This document shows positions 10,817 to 20,304 of a DNA stretch of 64,000 nt, in pieces (within the stretch, counting starts at the first letter, position 1; the number at the start of each line of letters is the position of its first letter). This DNA comes from Arenicella sp. (GTDB lineage Bacteria > Bacteroidota > Bacteroidia > Flavobacteriales > Flavobacteriaceae). The DNA lies in NCBI GenBank assembly GCA_047614925.1, contig JBLHIE010000002.1, positions 314 through 64,313 of the forward strand, given 5' to 3'. The translations under genes and the position numbers were made by a program. The notes below the pieces were generated by a model that was given only the letters and a program-made list of their open reading frames with translations, had not been told where the DNA came from and did not search any database.

Positions 10817-13800
10817 ATGAATACTAAGCTTAATAGGGTTTTAACACTTTTCCTAGTGTTAATTGCGCAAATATTTTTTGCGCAACAAAAGAGTATAACT
10901 GGTGTTGTTTCAGACAGTTCTGGAGCATTACCTGGAGTAAGTATCACTATAGAAGGTGGTACAAGTGGCACCGAAACAGATTTTGATGGTAAATACATCA
11001 TTAAAGCAAGTACTGGTGATGTATTAGTTTTTAGATACCTAGGCTATAAAGCTGTTAGTAAAACAGTGGGCAATCTTAACAATATTAATGTAACACTGAA
11101 GCAAGATGCTAATGTTTTAGATGAGATTATTGTAATTGCTTATGGCACTTCAACAAGAGAAGCTTTAACAGGTTCAGCAACTGTTGTAGGTTCAAGTGAG
11201 TTAGCGCTTAGAAATGTTACTTCTCCAATTGCTGCCATTGAAGGTAAAGCTACAGGGGTTCAGTTTACATCTACAAGTGGTCAGCCTGGTTCAACACCAA
11301 GTATTGTTATACGTGGTGTAGGAACACTTAATGGTAGCTCAGATCCATTATTTATTGTAGACGGTGCCCAGTATGAAGGAAATTTGAATACAATTAACCA
11401 AGAAGACATTGCTTCTTTTACAATATTAAAAGATGCAGCTTCAACTTCTATGTATGGTGCAAGAGCCGCAAATGGCGTAGTAATTATTACAACAAAATCT
11501 GGCTCAAAAAGTGGTGGTATTAAAGTAAATGCTTCCGTTCAAACCGGTGTAGTTTCTAGAGCAAATCCATTATATGATAACGTTTCACCAGGCCAATACT
11601 ATGAAGTAATGTGGGAAGCTTTAAAGAATTCATCTGCTGGAAATGGTAGTGCAACTTTTGCTTCAAATAATATTTATAACCAATTAGGATATAATCCATT
11701 TAATGTACCAAATGATCAAATTGTTGGTGTGGATGGTCAGATAAATCCTAACGCAAAAGTAATTTACAAGACTTTAGATTGGTTTGACTTTATGGAGCAA
11801 ACTGGAGTTAGACAAAACTATAATGTAAATATCTCAGGTGGTGGCGATGATCATAGAGTATTTTTCTCTGCTTCATACCTAGAAGAGCAAGGTTATGTCG
11901 TTACTTCAAATTTTGACAGATTAACAACTCGTCTAAATGCAGATTTTGATGTAAACGATAAATTAAAAATTGGAGGTAGTGCCAATATTACTATTTCCGA
12001 ATCAGTAGGACCTAGTTCTGCTGGTACTGGTAGTATTGTAAATCCTTTTGGTTTTGCACAAGGTATTGGTTCTGTATACCCAGTGTATGTTAATGACTTA
12101 AATGGAAACATTGCACTTGATGATGCTGGAAACCCTCTTTTTGATAACGGTGAAGGATTTTCTGAATATAATATTGGATCAAGACCTGTAAATCAAGGAC
12201 GTCACGCATTACAAGAACTTTTATTAAATGATGAAAGAAACAGAGATAATACTTATGGATTTAGATTCTTCTCAGAATTAAAAATCTTAGAAGGCCTTAA
12301 TCTTAGAATAGATTATGGTAGAGATATCAATGAAGGTCTTCAAAAAGAATATGAGAATAATATTATTGGTGATGCGCAACCAGATGGAAGATATGGTGAA
12401 AGTCGTTTTAGAAGAGAGGTACAAAACTTTACACAAGTATTAAATTATTCAAAAAGCTTTGGAAACAATAATTTTGACTTAACATTGGGGCATGAGAGCT
12501 ATAATAGATTATTCTCATCTAATAACGGTTTAGCTACGGTACAATCTACAAGTGGTATTTATGAATTCGCAAATTTTTCGAATATAGTTAGACTAGGAGG
12601 CTCGTCAAGCAGAAAGTCTATTGAAGGTTATTTTACAAGGTTAAATTATAATTTTGATAGTAAGTATTATTTTAGTGCTTCTTTTAGACGTGATGCTTCT
12701 TCTGTTTTTAGTCCAGAATCAAGATGGGGTAATTTTTATTCTTTAAGTGGTGCATGGAGTATTGATAATGAAAAATTTATGGAAAATGTGTCATTCATTA
12801 ACAAACTTAAGCTAAGAAGTTCTTGGGGAGAAGTTGGTAATGATAACTTAAATGATTTCTTCTTATACCAAGCAAGATTTGGAATTAATTCTAATGCTGC
12901 AGATGGTGCTTTTGTATTATCTGATTTAGGAAACGCTAATTTAAAATGGGAGACCATTGAGAATTTTGATGTAGCCTTAGAGTTTTCGATGTTCGATAAT
13001 TTTCTTGATGGTTCTATTGAATATTACAAGCGTAACTCAACAGAATTATTATATGATATACCTCTTGCACCAAGTGTAGGGTTAAATGTTCAACCAGGTA
13101 ATGTTGGTGATATGTTTAATTCAGGTTGGGAATTGTCATTAACAGGTCATTTATATAAAGATAAAGATTTTAGATGGGATGTAACTTTACAAGCCTCTAC
13201 TTTCAAAAACGAAATTACTTCTATTCCAACTCCTTTCATTAATGGTTCAAAAAGATGGGCAGAAGGTAGATCAAGATTTGATTTCTTTTTGTTAAAAACT
13301 GCAGGTGTAGACCCTGCTAATGGAGATCAATTATTCTATAAGTATGAATTAGATGCGGTAACAGGTGAAAGTTTACCTGTATTAGATGCTAGTGGAAATA
13401 CTGAAACTACAAACGATTGGACAGATACAGAAAGAGCATATACAGGAGAATCTTCTATTCCAGACTTATTAGGTTCTATTTCTAATAGTTTGAGTTACAA
13501 AGGAATTTCTTTAAATTTCTTAGTGACTTATGGTATTGGAGGAAGTATTTTAGACAATGGTTACTCAAGTATGATGCATAGTGGAAATTATGGCCGTTCT
13601 GTTCATCCGGACTTATTAAATGCATGGAAACAACCAGGAGATATTACTGATGTTCCAAGGTTAGAAAACGGAAATCCTAATTTGGTTAGAACTGAATCTG
13701 ATAGATTTTTAACTGATGCCTCTTTTTGGGCGCTTAGAAATGTTAATATTGGCTATTCCGTTAATAAAAATACTTTAGATAAATTAGGAATAGATAATTT

Positions 13801-13945
13801 AAACTTATCATTAACAGGTGAAAACTTATTTTTGAAGAGTAAAAGAGATGGACTTGATCCTCAATATAACTTATCAGGAACTCCTTCAGGTAACGATTTT
13901 AACCCTGCAAAAATAATTTCTTTAGGTTTAAATGTATCATTTTAA
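10817..13945 (+). CDS. SusC/RagA family TonB-linked outer membrane transporter
   Basis: LDEIIVIAYG, LKDAASTSMYGARAANGVVII, RRDASSVF, terminal Phe. Confidence 0.97.
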   Translation: MNTKLNRVLTLFLVLIAQIFFAQQKSITGVVSDSSGALPGVSITIEGGTSGTETDFDGKYIIKASTGDVLVFRYLGYKAVSKTVGNLNNINVTLKQDANVLDEIIVIAYGTSTREALTGSATVVGSSELALRNVTSPIAAIEGKATGVQFTSTSGQPGSTPSIVIRGVGTLNGSSDPLFIVDGAQYEGNLNTINQEDIASFTILKDAASTSMYGARAANGVVIITTKSGSKSGGIKVNASVQTGVVSRANPLYDNVSPGQYYEVMWEALKNSSAGNGSATFASNNIYNQLGYNPFNVPNDQIVGVDGQINPNAKVIYKTLDWFDFMEQTGVRQNYNVNISGGGDDHRVFFSASYLEEQGYVVTSNFDRLTTRLNADFDVNDKLKIGGSANITISESVGPSSAGTGSIVNPFGFAQGIGSVYPVYVNDLNGNIALDDAGNPLFDNGEGFSEYNIGSRPVNQGRHALQELLLNDERNRDNTYGFRFFSELKILEGLNLRIDYGRDINEGLQKEYENNIIGDAQPDGRYGESRFRREVQNFTQVLNYSKSFGNNNFDLTLGHESYNRLFSSNNGLATVQSTSGIYEFANFSNIVRLGGSSSRKSIEGYFTRLNYNFDSKYYFSASFRRDASSVFSPESRWGNFYSLSGAWSIDNEKFMENVSFINKLKLRSSWGEVGNDNLNDFFLYQARFGINSNAADGAFVLSDLGNANLKWETIENFDVALEFSMFDNFLDGSIEYYKRNSTELLYDIPLAPSVGLNVQPGNVGDMFNSGWELSLTGHLYKDKDFRWDVTLQASTFKNEITSIPTPFINGSKRWAEGRSRFDFFLLKTAGVDPANGDQLFYKYELDAVTGESLPVLDASGNTETTNDWTDTERAYTGESSIPDLLGSISNSLSYKGISLNFLVTYGIGGSILDNGYSSMMHSGNYGRSVHPDLLNAWKQPGDITDVPRLENGNPNLVRTESDRFLTDASFWALRNVNIGYSVNKNTLDKLGIDNLNLSLTGENLFLKSKRDGLDPQYNLSGTPSGNDFNPAKIISLGLNVSF

Positions 13946-13967
13946 ATAGTTATAAAAAGTATAAATT

Positions 13968-15602
13968 ATGTTAAATAAATTAAAAATATTAGTGTTTGTA
14001 GCATTAGTTACAACGCTTTCATCATGTAATGATGAGTTTTTGGAAACTGTACCAACAGATGCAGTAACACCGGCAATAGCATTGGGTACTGTTGAGGATA
14101 TGGAAAAAGTATTAAATGGAGTTCATAAAACTATGTACGCACAATCTCAAACGGTATTTCCTGGTGGAAACACGGCAAGAGCAGGAAATCATTACTGGGT
14201 GCCATTAGGTGACAATTTAGCAGGGTATTTAATTCACTCAGCAAATGCTGACAACTTAGGTTGGAGAACTGAAATGCAGTGGAATTCTCATACCATACAA
14301 ACGTCATTAACAACTGAGATATTATGGTACCACCGTTACAATACTATTTTGCACTCAAATTTAATCATCCAAAAGATTAATGAAGGTGTTTTGCCCGTAA
14401 CCCCAGCTTTAAAAGCAGTAGAAGGTCAAGCATATGCTTATAGAGCGTATTCTTTACTCTCTTTAGTTCAGCATTATGCTAAAGGATATTTAATAGGAAA
14501 TCCATCTACAGACTCAGGAGTACCAATTGTCTTAGACCCACAAACTACAGGTCCTAGAGCAACAGTAGAAGAAGTTTATAATCAAATAGAATTAGATTTA
14601 GATGCTGCGATTGCTGCTTTTGCAGATGCTTCATCTAGACCAACAGGAGATCCAAAGCATAAATCTCAATTAAACGTAAATGTTGCACATGGTCTTAAAG
14701 CACGTTGGGCATTATCTAAAGGAGATTGGGCTACAGCAGCTTCAGAAGCTATTAAAGCAAGGCAAGGATACCCAATAATGAACCAGGTGGATTGGAAATC
14801 AGGTTTTAATACGAATAGCTTATCAGAAGTAATTTGGGGAAGCAATGTAATTGGTGCAGAAACTACCTTTTTCCGTTCTTATTTCTATTTAGCTAGTAAT
14901 ACATTTAATGGAAGTCAGATTAGAAATAATCCCAAAATTGCAGATAAAAGAATAGTTGATGCAATTCCTAGTACTGATTACAGAAAGGATGCTTTTATAG
15001 TGGATGCTCCAAACACAAACTCTTCAGCAGCAAATGGTCAAGGAGGTTTTGGAAATGACCCTAATTATACGGATAGGGCAGTTTTTAATGCTAGAGTGGC
15101 AAGCCTTAAGAGTACTTACGGTTTAGTTGGTGGACATAATTTACACCCATACATGCATTTTAAATTAAAAAATAAAAATCCAGGATCTATAGACCCTGAT
15201 GATATTATTTATATGCGTTCATCTGAGATGTATTTAATTGAAGCTGAAGCGAAAACTATGCTAAGTGATATTGCAGGAGCACAAGCTGCTTTAAAACCTT
15301 TAGGCGAAGAGAGAGACAGCGCTTTTAATGCAACAGTTTTCAACACTCAACAAAGTTTAATGGACCAAATTAAGTTTCAAAGACGTGTTGAATTGTGGGG
15401 TGAAGGGTTTGGTTATACTGATAAAATAAGATGGGATGAAGGAATTGACCATGGCGCAAATGGTGGTTCTGGAGCTTCCGAAGTTCTTTATCAGAATGCT
15501 TATGTAGTTTCAAAACCCTCTACGAATAATGACTGGATATTTAAAATTCCTCAGGCTGAGATTGATGCAAATCCAGATATTACTCCAGATAATCAAAATT
15601 AA
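13968..15602 (+). CDS. RagB/SusD family nutrient uptake lipoprotein
   Basis: Lipobox LSSC-NDEFLE, YMRSSEMYLIEAEA, RRVELWGEG, IPQAEIDANP. Confidence 0.95.
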   Translation: MLNKLKILVFVALVTTLSSCNDEFLETVPTDAVTPAIALGTVEDMEKVLNGVHKTMYAQSQTVFPGGNTARAGNHYWVPLGDNLAGYLIHSANADNLGWRTEMQWNSHTIQTSLTTEILWYHRYNTILHSNLIIQKINEGVLPVTPALKAVEGQAYAYRAYSLLSLVQHYAKGYLIGNPSTDSGVPIVLDPQTTGPRATVEEVYNQIELDLDAAIAAFADASSRPTGDPKHKSQLNVNVAHGLKARWALSKGDWATAASEAIKARQGYPIMNQVDWKSGFNTNSLSEVIWGSNVIGAETTFFRSYFYLASNTFNGSQIRNNPKIADKRIVDAIPSTDYRKDAFIVDAPNTNSSAANGQGGFGNDPNYTDRAVFNARVASLKSTYGLVGGHNLHPYMHFKLKNKNPGSIDPDDIIYMRSSEMYLIEAEAKTMLSDIAGAQAALKPLGEERDSAFNATVFNTQQSLMDQIKFQRRVELWGEGFGYTDKIRWDEGIDHGANGGSGASEVLYQNAYVVSKPSTNNDWIFKIPQAEIDANPDITPDNQN

Positions 15603-15625
15603 CTTTTCTTAATATTTATTTAAAC

Positions 15626-15662
15626 AAACCGTCTCAATACTAATTTGAGATGGTTTTTTTTT
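15626..15662 (+). terminator. Intrinsic terminator
   Basis: AAACCGTCTCAA / TTGAGATGGTTT followed by a T tract. Confidence 0.8.
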
Positions 15663-15817
15663 GAATTAAATAACATAATCAAAGAAAAAAAACAGCTACG
15701 AGTCTAATACCTATCGATAAGTAGCTTATTAAAATCATGATTAATCCCATATGAACACACCAAACAAAAGGTAAAACAAAAAATAAGGTTAGCTTTAATA
15801 AAAATAATTCAACAAAA
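15655..15817 (+). repeat. Direct repeat copy 2 (orphan susC upstream region)
   Basis: Aligns with 10587-10747. Confidence 0.9.
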
Positions 15818-15852
15818 ACCATCAAAATAATTCTCTTTTGATGGTTTTTTTT
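15814..15852 (+). terminator. Second terminator-like hairpin
   Basis: AAAAACCATCAAAA / TTTTGATGGTTTTT followed by a T tract. Confidence 0.7.
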
Positions 15853-15879
15853 GCTCTTTAATTAGCATACATTTGCACT

Positions 15880-16632
15880 ATGGAGAATACAGCAGAAACT
15901 ACAAATATATTTGGTATCAGAGCAATTATTGAAGCCATAGATAGTGGCTCTACAATGAATAAAATTTACTTACAAAAAGACCTAAGAGGTAGTCTTTATT
16001 ACGAACTAGATAAATTGATTAAAGAAAAAAAAATAGCGACAAGTCTTGTACCTATCGAAAAATTAAATCGTTTGTCTAAAAACGGGAACCATCAAGGTGC
16101 TGTTGCTCAAATATCTCCTGTAGAATTTCATGATTTAGAATCACTAATTGAAAAAACTTTAGAAAGTAATAACGTACCCTTATTTCTTTTATTAGACCAA
16201 CTTTCTGATGTAAGAAATTTTGGAGCAATTATAAGAACGGCAGAATGCACAGGTGTGAACGGTATTATTATTCAAAAAGATGGAAGCGCTCCAGTGAATG
16301 CTGAAACCATAAAAACTTCTGCCGGTGCTGCTTTTAAAATTCCAATTTGTAAAGTAGACCATATAAAAGATGCATTATACATCTTGCAAGCTGCTGAAAT
16401 TAAAACAGTTGCTGCTACAGAAAAGACCGAAGACTCTATATACGATATCAATTTGAACCAACCGATAGCTATTGTAATGGGTTCTGAGCAAAGAGGTGTA
16501 AACCCTTCCATACTTAAAATGGTAGATTATAAAGCTAAATTGCCATTATTAGGTGAAATAGCATCCTTAAACGTTTCGGTTGCATGCGGTGCTTTCTTAT
16601 ACGAAGCCATCCGCCAGAGGATTTCGAAATAA
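15880..16632 (+). CDS. rlmB: 23S rRNA (G2251-2'-O)-methyltransferase, TrmH/SpoU family
   Basis: NHQGAVA, LDQLSDVRNFGAIIRTA, VMGSEQRG, SLNVSVA motifs. Confidence 0.92.
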   Translation: MENTAETTNIFGIRAIIEAIDSGSTMNKIYLQKDLRGSLYYELDKLIKEKKIATSLVPIEKLNRLSKNGNHQGAVAQISPVEFHDLESLIEKTLESNNVPLFLLLDQLSDVRNFGAIIRTAECTGVNGIIIQKDGSAPVNAETIKTSAGAAFKIPICKVDHIKDALYILQAAEIKTVAATEKTEDSIYDINLNQPIAIVMGSEQRGVNPSILKMVDYKAKLPLLGEIASLNVSVACGAFLYEAIRQRISK

Positions 16633-16706
16633 CTTTTAGTTTTTTTTAAAAAAAAAATCTAAATTCAATTCTTTTGAATTCTCGTATAGATTTCTAGTGT
16701 ATTTTT

Positions 16707-17366
16707 TTAAATCTCCTCCTCTATTTCTGGTGGAGAATAATTTCCGTTTTCGTCAAATAAAAGGTCAAACGCTGTTTTTGAAAATTCATGTTCTTTCTTC
16801 GTAAGTCCTTTATTTCTGTAAAAAATAGCAAAAAACAAGCCAATTAATAAACCAGATAAATGTCCTTCCCAAGACATACCGTCTTTAATTGGTAAAACAT
16901 ACCAAATCATACTTCCATATAGAAATATCACCATAAATGAAAGCGCCACAAGTCTGTAATGTTTTCTAATAATTCCGCTAAAAAAAATAAAACTAAAGAG
17001 TAAGTAAACAATACCACTTGCCCCTATGTGGTAAGAATCGCGTGCAATAAACCATGTTAATAAGCCGGACAAAAGGCCACCAACAAGCAGCACTTTGTAC
17101 GCAATATCTCTGTAGAAATAGAAGACGCTTAATAACAATACAAATAACGGGATTGAATTATTAAAAAGGTGATTGGCATCACTATGAATAAAATGTGTAA
17201 AAACGATACCTCTTAATCCTATTAAATCCCTAGGCAACACCCCATATTTATTAAAGTTGATATTGAAATAAATTTCTACCCAATAAACAAACCATATCCC
17301 AACAACATATAGTATTGGAATGAAGAATATAGATTTTGATATTTTTAATTGACTTTCATCTTCCAT
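16707..17366 (-). CDS. Rhomboid family intramembrane serine protease
   Basis: HxxxxHLFNN, HIGASG (catalytic Ser), SWEGHLSG; multiple TM helices. Confidence 0.9.
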   Translation of the reverse strand: MEDESQLKISKSIFFIPILYVVGIWFVYWVEIYFNINFNKYGVLPRDLIGLRGIVFTHFIHSDANHLFNNSIPLFVLLLSVFYFYRDIAYKVLLVGGLLSGLLTWFIARDSYHIGASGIVYLLFSFIFFSGIIRKHYRLVALSFMVIFLYGSMIWYVLPIKDGMSWEGHLSGLLIGLFFAIFYRNKGLTKKEHEFSKTAFDLLFDENGNYSPPEIEEEI

Positions 17367-17442
17367 AAATACAAAAATAACAAATATGTTACCAAATTAA
17401 AAAATGACAACTTCTGTCATAAAACTTTGGTACTTTTGCGTT

Positions 17443-18714
17443 ATGAATGAACCTTTGGCAGAAAGAATTAGACCTAAAACATTAGAAGATTATATAAGTC
17501 AGCAACATTTGGTAGGCAAAAATGGAATTTTAACTAATTTGATTAAAAAAGGCATGATACCGTCTTTATTGCTTTGGGGACCGCCAGGAATTGGTAAAAC
17601 TACATTAGCAAATATTATTGCTACAGAGAGTAAAAGACCTTTTTACACCTTAAGTGCCATTAGCTCTGGTGTAAAAGACGTAAGAGAAGTCATAGAAAAA
17701 GCTAAAAAAAGTGGCGGTTTATTCACTGCTAAAAACCCAATTCTATTTATTGATGAAATTCATCGTTTTAGTAAATCTCAGCAAGACTCTTTACTAGGCG
17801 CGGTAGAAAAAGGTTGGGTTACCTTAATTGGTGCAACTACAGAAAACCCAAGTTTCGAAGTAATTCCTGCCCTACTCTCTAGATGCCAAGTATACATCTT
17901 AAACTCTTTTGACAAAGAAGATTTAGTTGCTCTTTTGCATAGAGCTATAGAAAAAGACGAATTTCTCTCATCAAAAAAAATCACCTTAAGAGAAACTGAT
18001 GCATTACTGCAAGTTTCTGGAGGAGACGCCAGAAAACTATTAAATATATTTGAATTGCTAGTTTCTATAGATGATGAAATTGTAATTACAAATAAGCTAG
18101 TACTTTCTAAAATACAGCAAAATACAGCCAGATATGATAAAACAGGAGAACAACATTACGATATTGTTTCTGCTTTTATAAAATCGATACGAGGTAGCGA
18201 CCCAAATGCAGCAGTATATTGGTTGGCTCGAATGATAGAGGGCGGTGAAGATGTTAAATTTATTGCTAGGAGAATGTTAATTTTAGCTTCAGAAGACATT
18301 GGCAACGCAAACCCAACTGCTTTAATTTTTGCAAACAACACCTTTCAGGCGGTAGCTATAATTGGGAATCCAGAGTCTCGAATAATATTAAGCCAATGTG
18401 CTGTATATCTTGCAAACTCAACAAAAAGCAATGCTTCTTATTTGGCCATTGGTAAAGCCCAAGAACTTGTAAGAAAGACCGGCGATTTATCTGTTCCTTT
18501 AAATTTAAGAAATGCGCCTACCAAGTTTATGAAGGATTTAGATTATGGAAAAGACTACCAATACTCGCATAACTATCCAAATAACTTTATAGCTCAGGAG
18601 TTTTTACCTGCGGAAATTGCTGGAACAAAACTATATGAACCTGGAGAGAATCAAAGAGAAAATCAGTTTAAAGATATTTTAAGAAACAGGTGGAAAAATA
18701 AATACGGTTATTAA
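17443..18714 (+). CDS. rarA: Replication-associated recombination protein A (MgsA/RarA AAA+ ATPase)
   Basis: PLAERIRP, WGPPGIGKTT, FIDEIHRF, GATTENP, KSIRGSD. Start moved to ATG 17443 because a TACTTTTG -7 box lies at 17431-17438. Confidence 0.95.
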   Translation: MNEPLAERIRPKTLEDYISQQHLVGKNGILTNLIKKGMIPSLLLWGPPGIGKTTLANIIATESKRPFYTLSAISSGVKDVREVIEKAKKSGGLFTAKNPILFIDEIHRFSKSQQDSLLGAVEKGWVTLIGATTENPSFEVIPALLSRCQVYILNSFDKEDLVALLHRAIEKDEFLSSKKITLRETDALLQVSGGDARKLLNIFELLVSIDDEIVITNKLVLSKIQQNTARYDKTGEQHYDIVSAFIKSIRGSDPNAAVYWLARMIEGGEDVKFIARRMLILASEDIGNANPTALIFANNTFQAVAIIGNPESRIILSQCAVYLANSTKSNASYLAIGKAQELVRKTGDLSVPLNLRNAPTKFMKDLDYGKDYQYSHNYPNNFIAQEFLPAEIAGTKLYEPGENQRENQFKDILRNRWKNKYGY

Positions 18715-18727
18715 TTTAGATGTAAAG

Positions 18728-19516
18728 TTAAAACTTAATGTTATATTCTTTTACCACACGTTTGTTTCCTTCATAAAACTCCGCAATCCATGTGGTCTCT
18801 TTTTTATAAAGTATGCCGTTTTTATCTCTAATGATAAAAGTGTTTTTAATACCCGTTTTTGCAATTACAAATACGACTTTTGGTATTAAATTCACTAGTT
18901 GAAATCCGTTTTCTTTAGATTGTGCATATAAAGTACTTGATAATTCTAAATTCTTTTTTGGCACATCCTTTAATGATTTTGCTGGTTTCGGCAACTCAAG
19001 AACGCTCACTTCTTTAACTTTCTCAATTGGCTTAGACGCCTTCGCTAGAAGATCTTTTACAGTATCAATTGCTACGTCATTAGAAAATACTTCATACCTC
19101 ACATCATTCATATTTGCATGTGCCTTTCTAATGGCTTCTTGAAAACCTTGCTTATAATCTTTAAGGCCACTTTCGCCCTCTTTAGAAGTGTAAATTAGCT
19201 TATTTAAACAATCTCTTAATTCAATAGCAACCCTGATTTTCAACAGAGATGACTTATCTACCACCACAGCCGTTAAACCCATACATCCATTTTTTTGAAG
19301 TATTATAGGATACTCTTCAGAATTTAGTAATACTGTAAATCCGTTCTTTTTTAATAGAAATTTCGTTAATGAACTTGTTTGGTATTTATTCGGTTCTTTT
19401 AAAAAATCAAAAAGCTCTGGCACAATTATGAACTCATAATTATTGACACTTTTTTCTTGTCCAAAAGTAAAATAATTGGAAGCGATAAGAAATAAAACGA
19501 GTATTGTCTTTTTCAT
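18728..19516 (-). CDS. Secreted hypothetical protein (Flavobacteriaceae type)
   Basis: Signal peptide, 262-aa ORF, no recognised motif. Confidence 0.7.
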   Translation of the reverse strand: MKKTILVLFLIASNYFTFGQEKSVNNYEFIIVPELFDFLKEPNKYQTSSLTKFLLKKNGFTVLLNSEEYPIILQKNGCMGLTAVVVDKSSLLKIRVAIELRDCLNKLIYTSKEGESGLKDYKQGFQEAIRKAHANMNDVRYEVFSNDVAIDTVKDLLAKASKPIEKVKEVSVLELPKPAKSLKDVPKKNLELSSTLYAQSKENGFQLVNLIPKVVFVIAKTGIKNTFIIRDKNGILYKKETTWIAEFYEGNKRVVKEYNIKF

Positions 19517-19544
19517 TTTAATTGGAATTTAAACAGGTTTTTGG

Positions 19545-20228
19545 TTAAAGGTATTGTTTTATTTCTAATAATTTTGTTACCGACACAATCCCCTTTTCTG
19601 TTGGTGTTGCATCATCAAAAACACAATGAATGGCTTTAAGGCCTACATTTAAAGCTCCTTGAATGTCCGCTTCTAAGCTATCTCCAATCATAATTGAGTT
19701 TTCTTTTGTAGCCTTTGCACTTTCCAAAGCAAAATTAAAAACTTTTGGATTTGGTTTTTTAACCCCTACAGATTCTGAAGTAATAATTTGGTCGAAATAA
19801 TGATCTAGTTTTGAATTCACCATTTTTTTACTTTGAATTTCTTCAAAACCATTGGTTATTATATGCAAAGTATACTTCTCTTTTAAATAGTCTAACAGCT
19901 CGAAAGTACCTTCAAATAAATGATTAAATTCTGCTAAATTTTCTATATATTCTGTTGCAAGTTTATCTATTAAGGCATCTGAAATTGTATAATTGACGGC
20001 ATCAAAAGATTTTTTGAGTCTTGCATATCGCAGCTCTTCTTTCGTTACTTTTTCATTTCTATATAATTTCCAATACGCTAAATTAAGTGGTACGTAGACT
20101 TTTAAAAAATCATCAATTTTTACATCAATATTATTTTCTGTAAAAATTTTTTCAAAAGTTAATCCAGAATTTTTTTCAAAATCCCATAAGGTATGATCTA
20201 AGTCAAAAAAAACATGTTCTATTTTCAT
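19545..20228 (-). CDS. yjjG: YjjG family HAD pyrimidine 5'-nucleotidase
   Basis: FFDLDHTLWDF, IITNG, KKPNP, MIGDSLEADI. Confidence 0.9.
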   Translation of the reverse strand: MKIEHVFFDLDHTLWDFEKNSGLTFEKIFTENNIDVKIDDFLKVYVPLNLAYWKLYRNEKVTKEELRYARLKKSFDAVNYTISDALIDKLATEYIENLAEFNHLFEGTFELLDYLKEKYTLHIITNGFEEIQSKKMVNSKLDHYFDQIITSESVGVKKPNPKVFNFALESAKATKENSIMIGDSLEADIQGALNVGLKAIHCVFDDATPTEKGIVSVTKLLEIKQYL

Positions 20229-20304
20229 TTGTTAAAAGTAAAAATTAATACCAAGAGTAAGAAGTATAAGTTGTTATATTTGTTAAAATTAATATTATTT
20301 ATTT

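Noticed and set aside
975-15852. Invertible promoter or shufflon in the susC array
   Set aside because: The repeats are direct, all genes are co-oriented and no recombinase is present in the window.
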